Part shown: one piece after another, positions 19,390-29,718 of the stretch | Position numbering within the stretch: position 1 is the stretch's first letter | How the letters are laid out: each line of letters begins with the position of its first letter | Source of the DNA: an uncultured Mycoplasmatota bacterium | Lineage (GTDB): Bacteria; Bacillota_I; Bacilli_A; RF39; UBA660 | Assembly (NCBI GenBank): GCA_946486465.1 | Contig: CAMLTY010000004.1 | Location: 1 to 46,205 of the forward strand | Length of the DNA: 46,205 nt | Direction: 5' to 3' | The notes under the pieces: generated by a model | What the model was told of the DNA's origin: nothing | Databases searched by the model: none | Seen by the model: only the letters and a program-made list of their open reading frames with translations | Translations under genes and position numbers: made by a program

Positions 19390-21387
19390 ATGAAAAAAGA
19401 AAAGACTTTTGCTGAAAGTGTTCTTAACAATATTATGGAAATTAGGGATACTTATGATGTTAAAGATTTATTAATAAAAAAGAATGTAAAAGGTAATTTA
19501 AGTGATTATTTAAAAGAACTTGATGAAGAACAATTAAATATTTTACTTAGATGTTATTTTAGAGATGAAAAGATATTTGATAAAGATATAAAAGACAGAT
19601 TGAGAAGTCTAGAGAAAAAGATTAAAGAAAATTTTGTAACTGTTATTGCCTCTATGCCTTATAGTCAAATTGTAATGATGGAAGACTTTATTAAAGGAAA
19701 AGAAGATGGCAAGATATCTGATTTATTTATTTACTGTGCTTATGTTTTCTTATGTGTTGATGAAAATCAAGTTAAATATAGGGTTCCTGATGATTTAAAA
19801 GACTTATTTTTAAAAAATATTACTACTGAAGATAAACAAATAGCTATTCAAGCAGAACTTCTTACTAGATTATTCTCAATGTCTTTTAGTTTAGGTTTAA
19901 TAAGAGAGGATTTAGTATTTAGTGGATTTGATATAGATATTGATAATATAATTGATAAGAGGAAATTTTTAAAAGATATAGAAGATGCTGTTGATACTAA
20001 GATAATAAATAATGAAAAATATCTATGGTCTAAAGATTTTATTTATAATGATGAGTTTGCAACTAATATAGAAAATAGAATTTATATTAAAAGAGGAACA
20101 AAAGCTTATGCAGAATATATGTTAAAGATGACTTTATTTACTGATAGGATTAATAGTATTTTAAAACTTAATCCAACCGAAGCACTTAAAGTTGTTATGG
20201 AAAAGGTATTATTAAAACAAAGAAAACCTTCTTTAATTGTTGATGATTTTGTCAATAATTATGATTTAACAGTAGAAGAAAGTGAAGAAATAGTAGATAT
20301 AATAAATGATAATTATTATGAGATAAGATTTTGGGACAATGGTGGAAGAACAGAAGAAGAAGTTAGAGCATTAGATTTAGTCTTAAAAGGAAAGCCAAAG
20401 AAAAATACTTTAGAAGAATGTTTAAAACAATTAACTAATAAGGGATTAGACCAATTAAATGCATGCTATGAGTGTACTGATAAAGAAAAACTTAAAAAGA
20501 TAATAATAGATGATGTATTTATGAGTATAGAAGATTATTTTAGTAATGAAGAAGATGTAGCAGAAGTATTAGAATGTAATAATAAAATTTATAATGGTAA
20601 TTTAGATATAACTAGTTTTATTTTAGATGGCTATGCTTACTTATATAAAGATAATGAAGATTTTAAAGTAATAATTCCTAAAGAATTAGAAGAAATTTTA
20701 GAAGAAACAGAGTTTGAAGATTATAGTTATTATGATGATGACGAAGAAGAGGAAATAGAAAAATTAGATAAAGAAGATATCATATTTCTTTATATGATAT
20801 ATAATGGTGTATTAGAAAAGAAGACATTACAAAAGTTATTAAAAAATAATCATAATATAGATTGTTCTATAAAAGAATTAGACAAAATGATTGATTATTT
20901 AGAATTTTTTACTAATGAAAACTACTATTATTTATATGATGGTATGGAAGATATTATAGAAGAAATATTATTACCTGTTAAACATGGATTTAAAAAATAT
21001 AAGATAATTAATAATAGTTGTGATGATGTACTTGATGTTATAGATGATTTTAAATCTGATATTTATAGTTATTTAAATAAATACTCTTATGATGAAGAGA
21101 ATTTAGAAACAGCGGCTATTAGTTTGTTATACCTTATTAATATTAATTTAGTTAATGAAGAATTAGTAAGAGATTCTCTTAAAGTTAGTAATTTTAATAT
21201 TAAAAATGCCGATTGCAAAAATATAATCAAAATAATTAATAAGTATAAAAATGATATACCTATTTGGGTATTTAATGGTTATACTAAAAAAGAGTTAGTT
21301 AATGTTACTAAATCTAATAAAGTTGGTAGAAATGATCCCTGTCCATGTGGTAGTGGAAAAAAGTATAAAAACTGTTGTGGAAAGTAA
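19390..21387 (+). CDS. SEC-C motif protein, paralog P2
   Basis: [21 protein letters not shown]; [10 protein letters not shown] and [10 protein letters not shown]; very acidic. Confidence 0.88.
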   Translation: MKKEKTFAESVLNNIMEIRDTYDVKDLLIKKNVKGNLSDYLKELDEEQLNILLRCYFRDEKIFDKDIKDRLRSLEKKIKENFVTVIASMPYSQIVMMEDFIKGKEDGKISDLFIYCAYVFLCVDENQVKYRVPDDLKDLFLKNITTEDKQIAIQAELLTRLFSMSFSLGLIREDLVFSGFDIDIDNIIDKRKFLKDIEDAVDTKIINNEKYLWSKDFIYNDEFATNIENRIYIKRGTKAYAEYMLKMTLFTDRINSILKLNPTEALKVVMEKVLLKQRKPSLIVDDFVNNYDLTVEESEEIVDIINDNYYEIRFWDNGGRTEEEVRALDLVLKGKPKKNTLEECLKQLTNKGLDQLNACYECTDKEKLKKIIIDDVFMSIEDYFSNEEDVAEVLECNNKIYNGNLDITSFILDGYAYLYKDNEDFKVIIPKELEEILEETEFEDYSYYDDDEEEEIEKLDKEDIIFLYMIYNGVLEKKTLQKLLKNNHNIDCSIKELDKMIDYLEFFTNENYYYLYDGMEDIIEEILLPVKHGFKKYKIINNSCDDVLDVIDDFKSDIYSYLNKYSYDEENLETAAISLLYLININLVNEELVRDSLKVSNFNIKNADCKNIIKIINKYKNDIPIWVFNGYTKKELVNVTKSNKVGRNDPCPCGSGKKYKNCCGK

Positions 21388-21413
21388 AGTTAACATTAAT
21401 TTGTTAACTTTTT
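21386..21413 (+). terminator. Intrinsic terminator after P2
   Basis: AAAGTTAACA-TTAATT-TGTTAACTTT followed by Ts. Confidence 0.75.
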
Positions 21414-21482
21414 CTAATTTATTAAAAATAATTCTATACATTAACTAGAACATATGATAGAATAATAGCCATAAAGAAGTAT

Positions 21483-21728
21483 ATGGATAATTTCGAAGTA
21501 ATACAGAAAGCTATTACGGAATTTAAATATTTACCTTTGCAATTATTTCTTTATGATGGAACAAGTTATTTTAATACTGAACTTAATATTGTTTTAAATA
21601 ATAATGGACTAAATAAATTAGAACTCATAAAGTCAAAGTAGTTAGAGAAAGTTAAGAAGTTATTATGAGAAAATAATTTGTCATATATTGAAGAATTTAT
21701 TAAAATAAAATTAAAGGAGAAGTTATGA
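21483..21728 (+). pseudogene. Possible small ORF (52 aa to the first stop) or decayed ~81-codon gene upstream of P3
   Basis: ATG at 21483 follows promoter-like TGATAGAAT (21455-21463). Stops occur at 21639 (TAG) and 21666 (TGA), and the frame ends in an ATGA overlap with the P3 start. Confidence 0.3.
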
Positions 21729-23548
21729 GCAATAATGAATTTAAAAAGTTTCAACAAAAAATATTAAAAATAATAAATGATAAAACAATAGAAAAGCTAA
21801 TATTAAATAAGAAAGTAGATGGTAGTTTAAAAGATATTTTAAAGGCTTTGAATAAAGAACAGTTTAATATTTTAAAAAGTATTTATTTAAATGATGATTT
21901 AGAGAATGATTTAAATAAGCAAATAGATATGTTGGGAAAAAAGATACAAACTACATTTTCAAAAATATTGGAGTTTAATGATGTAAATATCAATGAATCT
22001 TTAGATAATATTATCTTAGAAAAAAATAATATAATTATCGAGCCAATTCTTCTTTTAGGAGGATTTATCTATGCTTATAAAGCGTCTAATAAGATAAAAT
22101 ATATTTTTCCAAACGATTTAATTGATATTTATATTAACAATGTTAAAATAAATGAAGATGATTTAGAAGATAATACAATGAAGTTAATGCTTCTTTCCTT
22201 TAATTATGGTTTAATACCTAGAGATTTATTTAAAGATTTAAAAGTTATTCAGGGCTATTCTGTTAAGAAAATAAAAGGTAAAGAATATTTTTGGAATGAT
22301 GAAATTCCTTATGATTCTACGTTTGAGGAGTTTTTAGATAATATTAATTATGTTAAAAGAACTTTTGATGACTATAACAATTATATGTTTATAGTAACAA
22401 GATTATTTAAAGAAATTTTAGAATTATTAAATGATGTAGATTTAGATTCTTATTATGCTTTTGTAATACCTTTATTATTAGCAAAATATCAAGAAAGTAT
22501 AGTTCAAGCTAAAATAATTAGTTATAAATATAAAGTATCTTCAGATATAGAAACTGCTATATTAACAATAATAGATGACTATCAACCTTATATAAGATAT
22601 TGGGAAAATGGTGGTAAAACCATTAAAGAAGTAGATGCTTTAAAACTTGTATTAACTAAGATCCCTAAAGATAAGACATTACTTTCTTGCTTTAGAAGTT
22701 TAAATGAAGATACTATTAATTATTTATTAAAAAAATATGACTTTAAAAATATCGAAACAATTAATGACCTTGTTTTAGATAAATTAAAATATTATCTAAA
22801 TAATAATATTTATGATACAAAGTTTTTAAAAAATATATTAGATCATAAAGATAAGAAATATGACTATGATAATGATGTTACAGAATTTCTTTATCAAAAC
22901 TTTTGCTTTCTTTATAAAAATAAATTAATAATACCAAACGATGTTAAAGAAATGATTATGGATTATGTGTATAAATATCCTAAAGATGAAACACTAACTG
23001 ATGATGATTATGTTAATTTATATGTTTTATATAATGGCGTTATAGAAAGACAAAAACTAAAAGAGATGCTTAAAGATAATCATAATCTAGACTATACTCT
23101 AAAAGAGATGGATGATACAATAGAACAGATAGGTTTAAAAATTGTAGGAGATTCTTATTATATACCTTTCTTACAAGAAGATTTAGCAGAAGCTAAAGTA
23201 ATACCTTATAAGAAACTTTTAAATAAATATAAAGTATTAAGTAATGATGATTTGAAATACTTTACTATAATAGATACTTTATCTTTAAAGATAGATACTC
23301 TTTTAGATAAGTTGAAAATTAAAGATTATCTTTTAAGAGAGTTAGAAGCCTCAATAATAATATTAATTAGTATAAATGAGCCATATATACCTTTTTTAAG
23401 ATATTTCTTTAAAAGTAATAAAATAAAGATTAAAGAATCTTTGTTTAAAGAATTATTAAGTATTATAGATGTTTATAAAGATGATATACCTGTATGGATA
23501 TATAATGGTTACTCAATGAGAGAATTTAGTAAATTGAAACAGTTGTAA
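21725..23548 (+). CDS. Paralog P3 of the SEC-C array, lacking the SEC-C tail
   Basis: [16 protein letters not shown] and [10 protein letters not shown] are shared with P1/P2/P4; the ORF ends before the CPCGSG motif; RBS AAGGAG. Confidence 0.85.
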   Translation: MSNNEFKKFQQKILKIINDKTIEKLILNKKVDGSLKDILKALNKEQFNILKSIYLNDDLENDLNKQIDMLGKKIQTTFSKILEFNDVNINESLDNIILEKNNIIIEPILLLGGFIYAYKASNKIKYIFPNDLIDIYINNVKINEDDLEDNTMKLMLLSFNYGLIPRDLFKDLKVIQGYSVKKIKGKEYFWNDEIPYDSTFEEFLDNINYVKRTFDDYNNYMFIVTRLFKEILELLNDVDLDSYYAFVIPLLLAKYQESIVQAKIISYKYKVSSDIETAILTIIDDYQPYIRYWENGGKTIKEVDALKLVLTKIPKDKTLLSCFRSLNEDTINYLLKKYDFKNIETINDLVLDKLKYYLNNNIYDTKFLKNILDHKDKKYDYDNDVTEFLYQNFCFLYKNKLIIPNDVKEMIMDYVYKYPKDETLTDDDYVNLYVLYNGVIERQKLKEMLKDNHNLDYTLKEMDDTIEQIGLKIVGDSYYIPFLQEDLAEAKVIPYKKLLNKYKVLSNDDLKYFTIIDTLSLKIDTLLDKLKIKDYLLRELEASIIILISINEPYIPFLRYFFKSNKIKIKESLFKELLSIIDVYKDDIPVWIYNGYSMREFSKLKQL

Positions 23549-23559
23549 AGGAGAAGTTT

Positions 23560-25533
23560 ATGAAAAAAGAATTTGATATTAGTGAAATATTACCAAATAT
23601 TGAAAGCGTTGGAGAAGAATATAGCTCTAGTGATTTGATATTAGAAAATAAAGTAGAAGGTAATTTAAAAGATGTTTTAAAAGGTTTAGATGAAGACCAA
23701 ATTAATATAATTGGCTCTGTTTATTATGATGAGAAAAATGCTTTTTTTAGAAAAAGTATTGATAATAAAATAGAATTATTAGAAGAAAAAATTAAAGGAA
23801 GCTTTAAAAAACTTATTAATAATGCTTCTTATAGCCAATATGTTATATTAGATAAATTATCTAATAAAGAAGATGTTACTAATATGTCAGCACTTTTCTT
23901 ATATAGTGGTTTTTGTTATTCATATTATGATAAAACTGAAGTTAAATATTTATTGCCTTCAGATTTAAAAAAGATATATTTAAAAGAAGTAGATCCTACT
24001 ATAAAGGGAGATTCCTTAAAAGGAGAAATATTAACAAGAATAATGGCTTTGTTCTTTAGTAATGGATTAGTACCAACTGATTTAGTATATAGTTGTTATC
24101 CAGATGATTTTTATGGATTCTTTACTAAAGATGAGTTATTAGAAGAAATAGATACTGCTGTAAGTATTAAAAAAATTAATAATAAAGAATATTTTTGGCT
24201 TATTGATACTCCTTATGAAAATTTGTATGAAGAATCTATTGATGATAGAATTTATATTAAAAGAGATTTAAATGATATAATACTATATATGATGAGTATC
24301 CTTATGTTAATAGAAGAAGTTGGTAAAATTATAAAAAAGCCTTATAAAGAAACAATATCTATAATAATATCAAAAGTACTTTTAAAAGAAAGAAGTCTTG
24401 ATGATATTTTAGATGATTTTGTAAGTGAATTAGGTTTAAGTAAGAAAGATAGTAGTAGATTAGATGATATACTAATTGATTACTATGATAATTTAAGATA
24501 TTGGGAAAATGGTGGGAATACACAAGATGAGATTTTAGCCCTTAATTTAGTCTTAAAAGAAAAACCTAAAAATAGTAGTATAGAGGAATGCTTAAAACAA
24601 TTAACAGATAATGCTAAAGAAGAATTTAAAGATACATATAATATTGATGATGTTTCTTCCTTAGATGAGATAATAGTAGATGATTTTTGTAATGAAGGAT
24701 ATTTAACTATAGATAATGATGATGACATTAGTGAATTATTAGAATTAGATGGTAAAGAATATAATGGAAATGAGATAGTTACTAGTTTTATTATAAATGG
24801 TTATGCATATTTATATAAAGATAAAGATAATTTTAAAGTAATTTTACCTGATGAGATAAAAGATGTAATTAATAATTTTGATTTAAGTGATGATTATGGA
24901 TTTAATGGTTTGAATGATAGAGAAATAATAAATTTATATATGCTTTATAATGGTATTATTGAAAAAAAGATATTACAAAGATTACTTCAAGAAAATCATG
25001 ATTTAGAATATACAATTGATGAATTAGATACAGTTATTAAAACTTTAGATATGTACTGTATAGACAATTATTATTGTGTTCTAGATGAAACTGATGAAGT
25101 AATAGATAAATTTTTATTACCTAGTAAGAAGAACTTTAAAAAGTATAAAAAGGTTGATTTTGATAGTTATTATGAACTTGATTCTTTGAATACTTTAGAG
25201 AGTGAACTACGTAGTTATATAAATAAACTATGTAAAAATGAAGATACTGCGAGAGAAATTGGTATGTATCTTATAACGCTAATAAATATGAATTGTTATG
25301 TACCTGATATTTTAATTCCTATTTTTGAAGATCATAAGATTAAAGCTAGTAATACAGACTATAAGAATATAAATAATATAATAAATAAATCTAAGAATGA
25401 TATACCTATATGGGCTTTTAACGGTTATACTAAAAAAGAAGTTAATTCTATGCCTAAAGAGAAAAAAGTAGGTAGAAATGATCCTTGTCCTTGTGGGAGT
25501 GGAAAGAAGTATAAAAAATGTTGTGGTAAGTAA
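23560..25533 (+). CDS. SEC-C motif protein, paralog P4
   Basis: [41 protein letters not shown]; RBS AAGGAG. Confidence 0.88.
   Translation: MKKEFDISEILPNIESVGEEYSSSDLILENKVEGNLKDVLKGLDEDQINIIGSVYYDEKNAFFRKSIDNKIELLEEKIKGSFKKLINNASYSQYVILDKLSNKEDVTNMSALFLYSGFCYSYYDKTEVKYLLPSDLKKIYLKEVDPTIKGDSLKGEILTRIMALFFSNGLVPTDLVYSCYPDDFYGFFTKDELLEEIDTAVSIKKINNKEYFWLIDTPYENLYEESIDDRIYIKRDLNDIILYMMSILMLIEEVGKIIKKPYKETISIIISKVLLKERSLDDILDDFVSELGLSKKDSSRLDDILIDYYDNLRYWENGGNTQDEILALNLVLKEKPKNSSIEECLKQLTDNAKEEFKDTYNIDDVSSLDEIIVDDFCNEGYLTIDNDDDISELLELDGKEYNGNEIVTSFIINGYAYLYKDKDNFKVILPDEIKDVINNFDLSDDYGFNGLNDREIINLYMLYNGIIEKKILQRLLQENHDLEYTIDELDTVIKTLDMYCIDNYYCVLDETDEVIDKFLLPSKKNFKKYKKVDFDSYYELDSLNTLESELRSYINKLCKNEDTAREIGMYLITLINMNCYVPDILIPIFEDHKIKASNTDYKNINNIINKSKNDIPIWAFNGYTKKEVNSMPKEKKVGRNDPCPCGSGKKYKKCCGK
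25419..25472 (+). repeat. 54-bp direct repeat, second copy
   Basis: Identical to 19260-19313. Confidence 0.9.
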
Positions 25534-25561
25534 AGTTAGCATTAATTTGTTAACTTTATTT
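25532..25561 (+). terminator. Terminator-like hairpin after P4, a near-copy of the one after P2
   Basis: AAAGTTAGCA-TTAATT-TGTTAACTTT, 1 mismatch to 21386-21411. Confidence 0.65.
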
Positions 25562-25587
25562 AATCAAAGAAGAAAGAGGATGTTGTT

Positions 25588-26610
25588 ATGAGATTATATA
25601 CAAATGAAATAGTATTTCGTGGTCATCCTGATAAAGTGTGTGATCAAATTAGTGATGCCTTACTTGATGCTTATTTAAAAGAAGATAAACACTCTAGGTG
25701 TGGGATAGAAGTAATGGGTGGTAAAGGTAAAATATTTATTACAGGAGAAGTTACTAGTAAAGTAGATGTTGATGTAGAGAGTATTGTTAAAAGAGTTTTA
25801 GATAGTGTTGGTTATGATACTAATTATGAAATAATTAATAATTTAGGTAAGCAAAGTCCTGATATTGACATGGGTACTAATGATGAAGTAGGTGGAGCAG
25901 GGGATCAAGGTATGATGTTTGGATATGCAGTTAATGATACTAAAGAATTACTTCCTACTGCAATGGTAATACTTCAAAGATTTAGTAAATGGTATGATAA
26001 AGAAAGACTAAATTGTTCTTATCTAAGAAGTGATGGTAAAGCAGAGATAACAGGTTATTATGATGATAATATGAAATTAAAGAGAATAAAATACTTTACT
26101 ATCTCTTATCAAAATGATGAAGAGCATAGAGATTATACAGATAACTTAATAAAAGAAGCATGTATTAATATATGTAAAGATTATGATATTGAAATAGAAG
26201 AGTTTTTAATTAATCCTACTGGTAGATTTGAAATAGGTGGCTTTGAAGGAGACTCTGGTCTTACAGGAAGAAAGATAGTAGTTGATTCATATCAATCATT
26301 TTGTAAAGTAGGTGGAGGTGCTTTTTCTGGGAAAGACCCTACTAAAGTAGATAGAAGTGCTACTTATAAAGCAAGATTAATCGCTAAAGATTATCTGAAA
26401 AAATATAACTTATCTTGGTGTGAAGTTGTTATTAGTTATGCTATTGGTATAGATAAACCTTTATCAATATATATAGATAGTGATAAAGGTTATATTGAAC
26501 CAGATGAATCTTTATATATTGAGTGTACTCCTAAAAATATTATAAAAGACTTAGATTTATTAAATATATGTTATGAAGAAAAGGCTAGATTTGGGCATTT
26601 CCAAGACTAG
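25588..26610 (+). CDS. metK: S-adenosylmethionine synthetase (short, divergent form)
   Basis: GHPDKVCDQISDA, GAGDQGMMFGYA, NPTGRFEIGG, DSGLTGRKIVVD, GGGAFSGKDPTKVDRS, FGHF. Confidence 0.95.
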   Translation: MRLYTNEIVFRGHPDKVCDQISDALLDAYLKEDKHSRCGIEVMGGKGKIFITGEVTSKVDVDVESIVKRVLDSVGYDTNYEIINNLGKQSPDIDMGTNDEVGGAGDQGMMFGYAVNDTKELLPTAMVILQRFSKWYDKERLNCSYLRSDGKAEITGYYDDNMKLKRIKYFTISYQNDEEHRDYTDNLIKEACINICKDYDIEIEEFLINPTGRFEIGGFEGDSGLTGRKIVVDSYQSFCKVGGGAFSGKDPTKVDRSATYKARLIAKDYLKKYNLSWCEVVISYAIGIDKPLSIYIDSDKGYIEPDESLYIECTPKNIIKDLDLLNICYEEKARFGHFQD

Positions 26611-26715
26611 TTTTTCTTTTGGTATTAATTGGTAAAAACTGGAAAAATATAATTATTTATGACACTTTACTTTTAGATACATTAGTGATATTATAACTAG
26701 CACGGAGTTGATTAT

Positions 26716-27720
26716 ATGTCTAAAATAAAAGATGATATAAAAAAAGCTAATTATTTGATAAAAATACCATCATTTTTTAGAGAAAATGATGATATCTTTG
26801 ATATGATATATCCATTTACTACAGAAAATATTAATGGAATGTTTAGTCATTTTAATTTTAAAGATAAAGATTGTCTTAGTGTTTTAGGTTCATCTGATCA
26901 AGTTTTTGATATGTATTTAAGAGGAGCGAGTAGTGTTACTGCTTTTGATATTAATCCTTTAACAGAATATTTTTTTTATCTTAAAAAAGCAGCACTTGAT
27001 GCTAATCTGACTAAAGAAGAATATTTAGATTATTTTTGTTATCGTGGCACTGATAATTATGCTATATTTGGGAATCGTTTAATAAAGCCTTTTGATATAA
27101 GAATATTTGATAAAATTGCACCTAATTTAAAAGGAAATAGTTATAAGTTTTGGGCTAATCTATATAGTAAGCATAAATTTTTATCTATTAGAGAAGGTGC
27201 TAAATTATTTACTAGTGATGAATATTTTAGAGATACTTTAGAACATACAGTAGCATATTTAGATGATGATAACTTTGAAAAACTTAAAGAAATGTCTAAA
27301 AATATTAAAATAACTTTTATAAATAAGGATATTAAAGAACTAGTATTGGGCAAAAAATATGATTTAATGTATTTTTCTAATATAATTCAGTATGCTTCTT
27401 CTATGTTTTTTAAAAATACAATTTGTGAGACTGCCTATTTACAAAGAAAATTACCACTAGAAGCTTTTAGAAATTATATAATGTCATTTGAAGATAATCT
27501 TAATGCTAATGGAATAATTATTATGGGTTATATTTATACAATACTTGATGAGTGCTATTCCAATGGTATATTTAATAAAGAGATAAGAGATGAAGTATTT
27601 CCTTTGGATGAATTTAACTATTATTATTTTAAATCTATTAATTATTATGAAGATCCATATACTAGAATAGATCCAAAGAGAGAAAAAGATGCTTGTTTAG
27701 TTTATAAGAAAACTGTTTAG
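26716..27720 (+). CDS. Putative SAM-dependent transferase-fold protein (DUF3419/BtaA-like)
   Basis: YPFTTENI, LSVLGSSDQ, TAFDINP and KYDLMYFSNI resemble class I SAM-binding motifs. Confidence 0.6.
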   Translation: MSKIKDDIKKANYLIKIPSFFRENDDIFDMIYPFTTENINGMFSHFNFKDKDCLSVLGSSDQVFDMYLRGASSVTAFDINPLTEYFFYLKKAALDANLTKEEYLDYFCYRGTDNYAIFGNRLIKPFDIRIFDKIAPNLKGNSYKFWANLYSKHKFLSIREGAKLFTSDEYFRDTLEHTVAYLDDDNFEKLKEMSKNIKITFINKDIKELVLGKKYDLMYFSNIIQYASSMFFKNTICETAYLQRKLPLEAFRNYIMSFEDNLNANGIIIMGYIYTILDECYSNGIFNKEIRDEVFPLDEFNYYYFKSINYYEDPYTRIDPKREKDACLVYKKTV

Positions 27721-27771
27721 CATTTTTTTAAATTTCATAAAATTTTATATAATATATTTGAAGGTGATAAG

Positions 27772-28083
27772 ATGAGATATGTAATGATAGAAGTGGCATT
27801 TAATAATGAAGAAGAAGTAAAATTAACAAAGATAAGACTTTTAAAGGAAAAGTTAGTTGCAAGTTTACAAGTAATAATTAGTGATAGTAGTTGGAATTAT
27901 AATGGAGAACTTGAAAGTGATAAAGAGTACTTAGTCTTTATGAAGACTAAAGAGTCTTTAGTTAATGAAGTCTATGAAGTAATTAAAGAAATTCATAGTT
28001 ATGAAGTGTTTGAATATGTTGTATTTCCTTTAACTAGTCCAAGTAAAGATTATTTAGATTGGATAGATAAAGAAACTAAGTAA
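27772..28083 (+). CDS. cutA: Divalent-cation tolerance protein CutA
   Basis: 103 aa; EKLVAS, EYLVFMKT, IKEIHSYEV, YLDWI. Confidence 0.85.
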   Translation: MRYVMIEVAFNNEEEVKLTKIRLLKEKLVASLQVIISDSSWNYNGELESDKEYLVFMKTKESLVNEVYEVIKEIHSYEVFEYVVFPLTSPSKDYLDWIDKETK

Positions 28084-28090
28084 TTTACTC

Positions 28091-28121
28091 TTGACTTGGA
28101 GTTAAGTCTAAGTAGTAAAAT
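28091..28121 (+). promoter_or_regulatory. MerR-type promoter/operator (AdhR/NmlR-like)
   Basis: -35 TTGACT (28091-28096), 19-bp spacer, -10 TAAAAT (28116-28121), with dyad ACTTGGA-GTTAAG-TCTAAGT across the -35 and spacer. Confidence 0.75.
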
Positions 28122-28147
28122 TATCTTGTAAGAAAGAAGGTATATTT

Positions 28148-28628
28148 ATGAAAAAGGCAATTGTTTATTATTCATATTCTGGTAATACTAAAAGTATTGT
28201 TGATATGATAAAAGAAAAAGTAGATGTAGATGTTTTTGAGATTAAACCTAAAACTCCTTATTCTACTAACTATGATGAAGTAGTAGATTTAGGACAAGAT
28301 GAGGTTAATAGTAATACTTTAAGAGAAATAGAAGATATTGATATTAATTTAGATAACTATGATACTATTATTTTAGCAACTCCGGTTTAAGTTAAACAGT
28401 GGTTACACTTATGCACCTGTTGTTCATACATTCTTAGAGAAGTATGATTTAAAAGATAAAACTATTATGCCAATAGTTACTAATGGAGGTTGGTTAGGTC
28501 ATATTATTGATGATATTAAGAAGTACTGTTCTAATGTTACTAATGAATTAGTATTAAAGTTTGATGGAGATAAGTTAGTAACAGATAGTAGTACTATTGA
28601 TAAATTTATAGAGGAGGCTAATAAGTAA
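28148..28628 (+). pseudogene. Flavodoxin (Flavodoxin_4-like), interrupted
   Basis: VYYSYSGNT...YDTIILATPV, stop at 28388, then continues in another frame as YTYAPVVHTFLEKYDLKDKTIMPIVTNGG to a TAA at 28626-28628 overlapping the next ATG. Confidence 0.88.
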
Positions 28629-29290
28629 TGGAAATAGAGAAAATTGTTAATAATTTTATAGAAAATGACATTAAAACTAATATAGATGAAAGAAGTAAGT
28701 ATCTTACTTTATTACCAGCTTTAATATCTACTAACAGTAAAGAGATTTTTAAAGATAAGTTAATGGAAACGGTAGAACATGTAGATAAAGAATCTTTGAA
28801 AGAAGCAGTATATCAGACTGTTCCATATCTTGGCTATGGTAAAGTTTATCCATTCCTTGTAATAACAGAAGAAGTTTTAGGTAAAACAGAAGATGCTTCT
28901 ACTACTAATAATGATAATAGATATTCTAAAGGATTAGAAACACAGTATAATCTTTTTGGTAAAGAAAATATAGATAAATCAAGAAATAATGAAAGTGAAG
29001 ATTTTAAATTTATTTGGGATTATCTAGCAAGTTATTGTTTTGGAGATTTTTATACTAGAAAATATTTAACTTATAAAGAAAGAGAACTAATTACTTTTGC
29101 AACCCTAGCATCATTTCAGGATGTAGTACCTCAACTTTCATCTCATATATATGCTAATTTGGCATTAGGAAATAGTAAAGAGTTGTTAGTTGAAGTAGTA
29201 AAGAATTTAGTACCATATCTAGGTTTTCCTAGAAGTTTAAATACAATTAATTTAATTAAAAATATAACTGAGAAAGGAGAAGATAAATAA
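28628..29290 (+). CDS. Carboxymuconolactone decarboxylase (CMD/AhpD-like) family protein
   Basis: Duplicated PYLGYG/PYLGFPRS; FGDFYTR..L..KERELIT; HIYANL..GN. Confidence 0.88.
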   Translation: MEIEKIVNNFIENDIKTNIDERSKYLTLLPALISTNSKEIFKDKLMETVEHVDKESLKEAVYQTVPYLGYGKVYPFLVITEEVLGKTEDASTTNNDNRYSKGLETQYNLFGKENIDKSRNNESEDFKFIWDYLASYCFGDFYTRKYLTYKERELITFATLASFQDVVPQLSSHIYANLALGNSKELLVEVVKNLVPYLGFPRSLNTINLIKNITEKGEDK

Positions 29291-29715
29291 TGAGTGATAT
29301 TAAAAGAGGAGGAGACTTTGGTTTAGGAGAAGAAAATACATCTTTTACAAAATATTTTATTGGTAAAAGTTATTTAAATCCTTTAACTGATCCTAATAAA
29401 ACAAGTCTATTTATTGCAAATGTTACTTTTGAACCTGGTTGTCGTAATAACTGGCATATTCATCATTCTAAAAGTGGTGGAGGACAAATTCTTATTTGTG
29501 TAGATGGTGAAGGATGGTACCAAGAAGAAGGTAAAGAAGCGGTTAGTTTAAAACCTGGTATGGTTATTACTATACCTGCAAACGTCAAACATTGGCACGG
29601 ATCTAAGAAAGATTCTTGGTTTAGTCATTTAGCAATAGAAGTTCCTGGTGAAGAAACATCAAATGAGTGGTGTGAAGAAGTTACAGATGAAGAATATGAA
29701 AAGTTAGGAGAATAA
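29290..29715 (+). CDS. Cupin domain protein
   Basis: NVTFEPGCRNNWHIH, GGQIL, KHWHG, WFSHLAI. Confidence 0.92.
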   Translation: MSDIKRGGDFGLGEENTSFTKYFIGKSYLNPLTDPNKTSLFIANVTFEPGCRNNWHIHHSKSGGGQILICVDGEGWYQEEGKEAVSLKPGMVITIPANVKHWHGSKKDSWFSHLAIEVPGEETSNEWCEEVTDEEYEKLGE

Positions 29716-29718
29716 ACA

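Noticed and set aside
17428-25533. SEC-C proteins as SecA homologs
   Set aside because: Only the ~20-aa terminal zinc motif matches; there are no Walker A or DEAD-type motor motifs.
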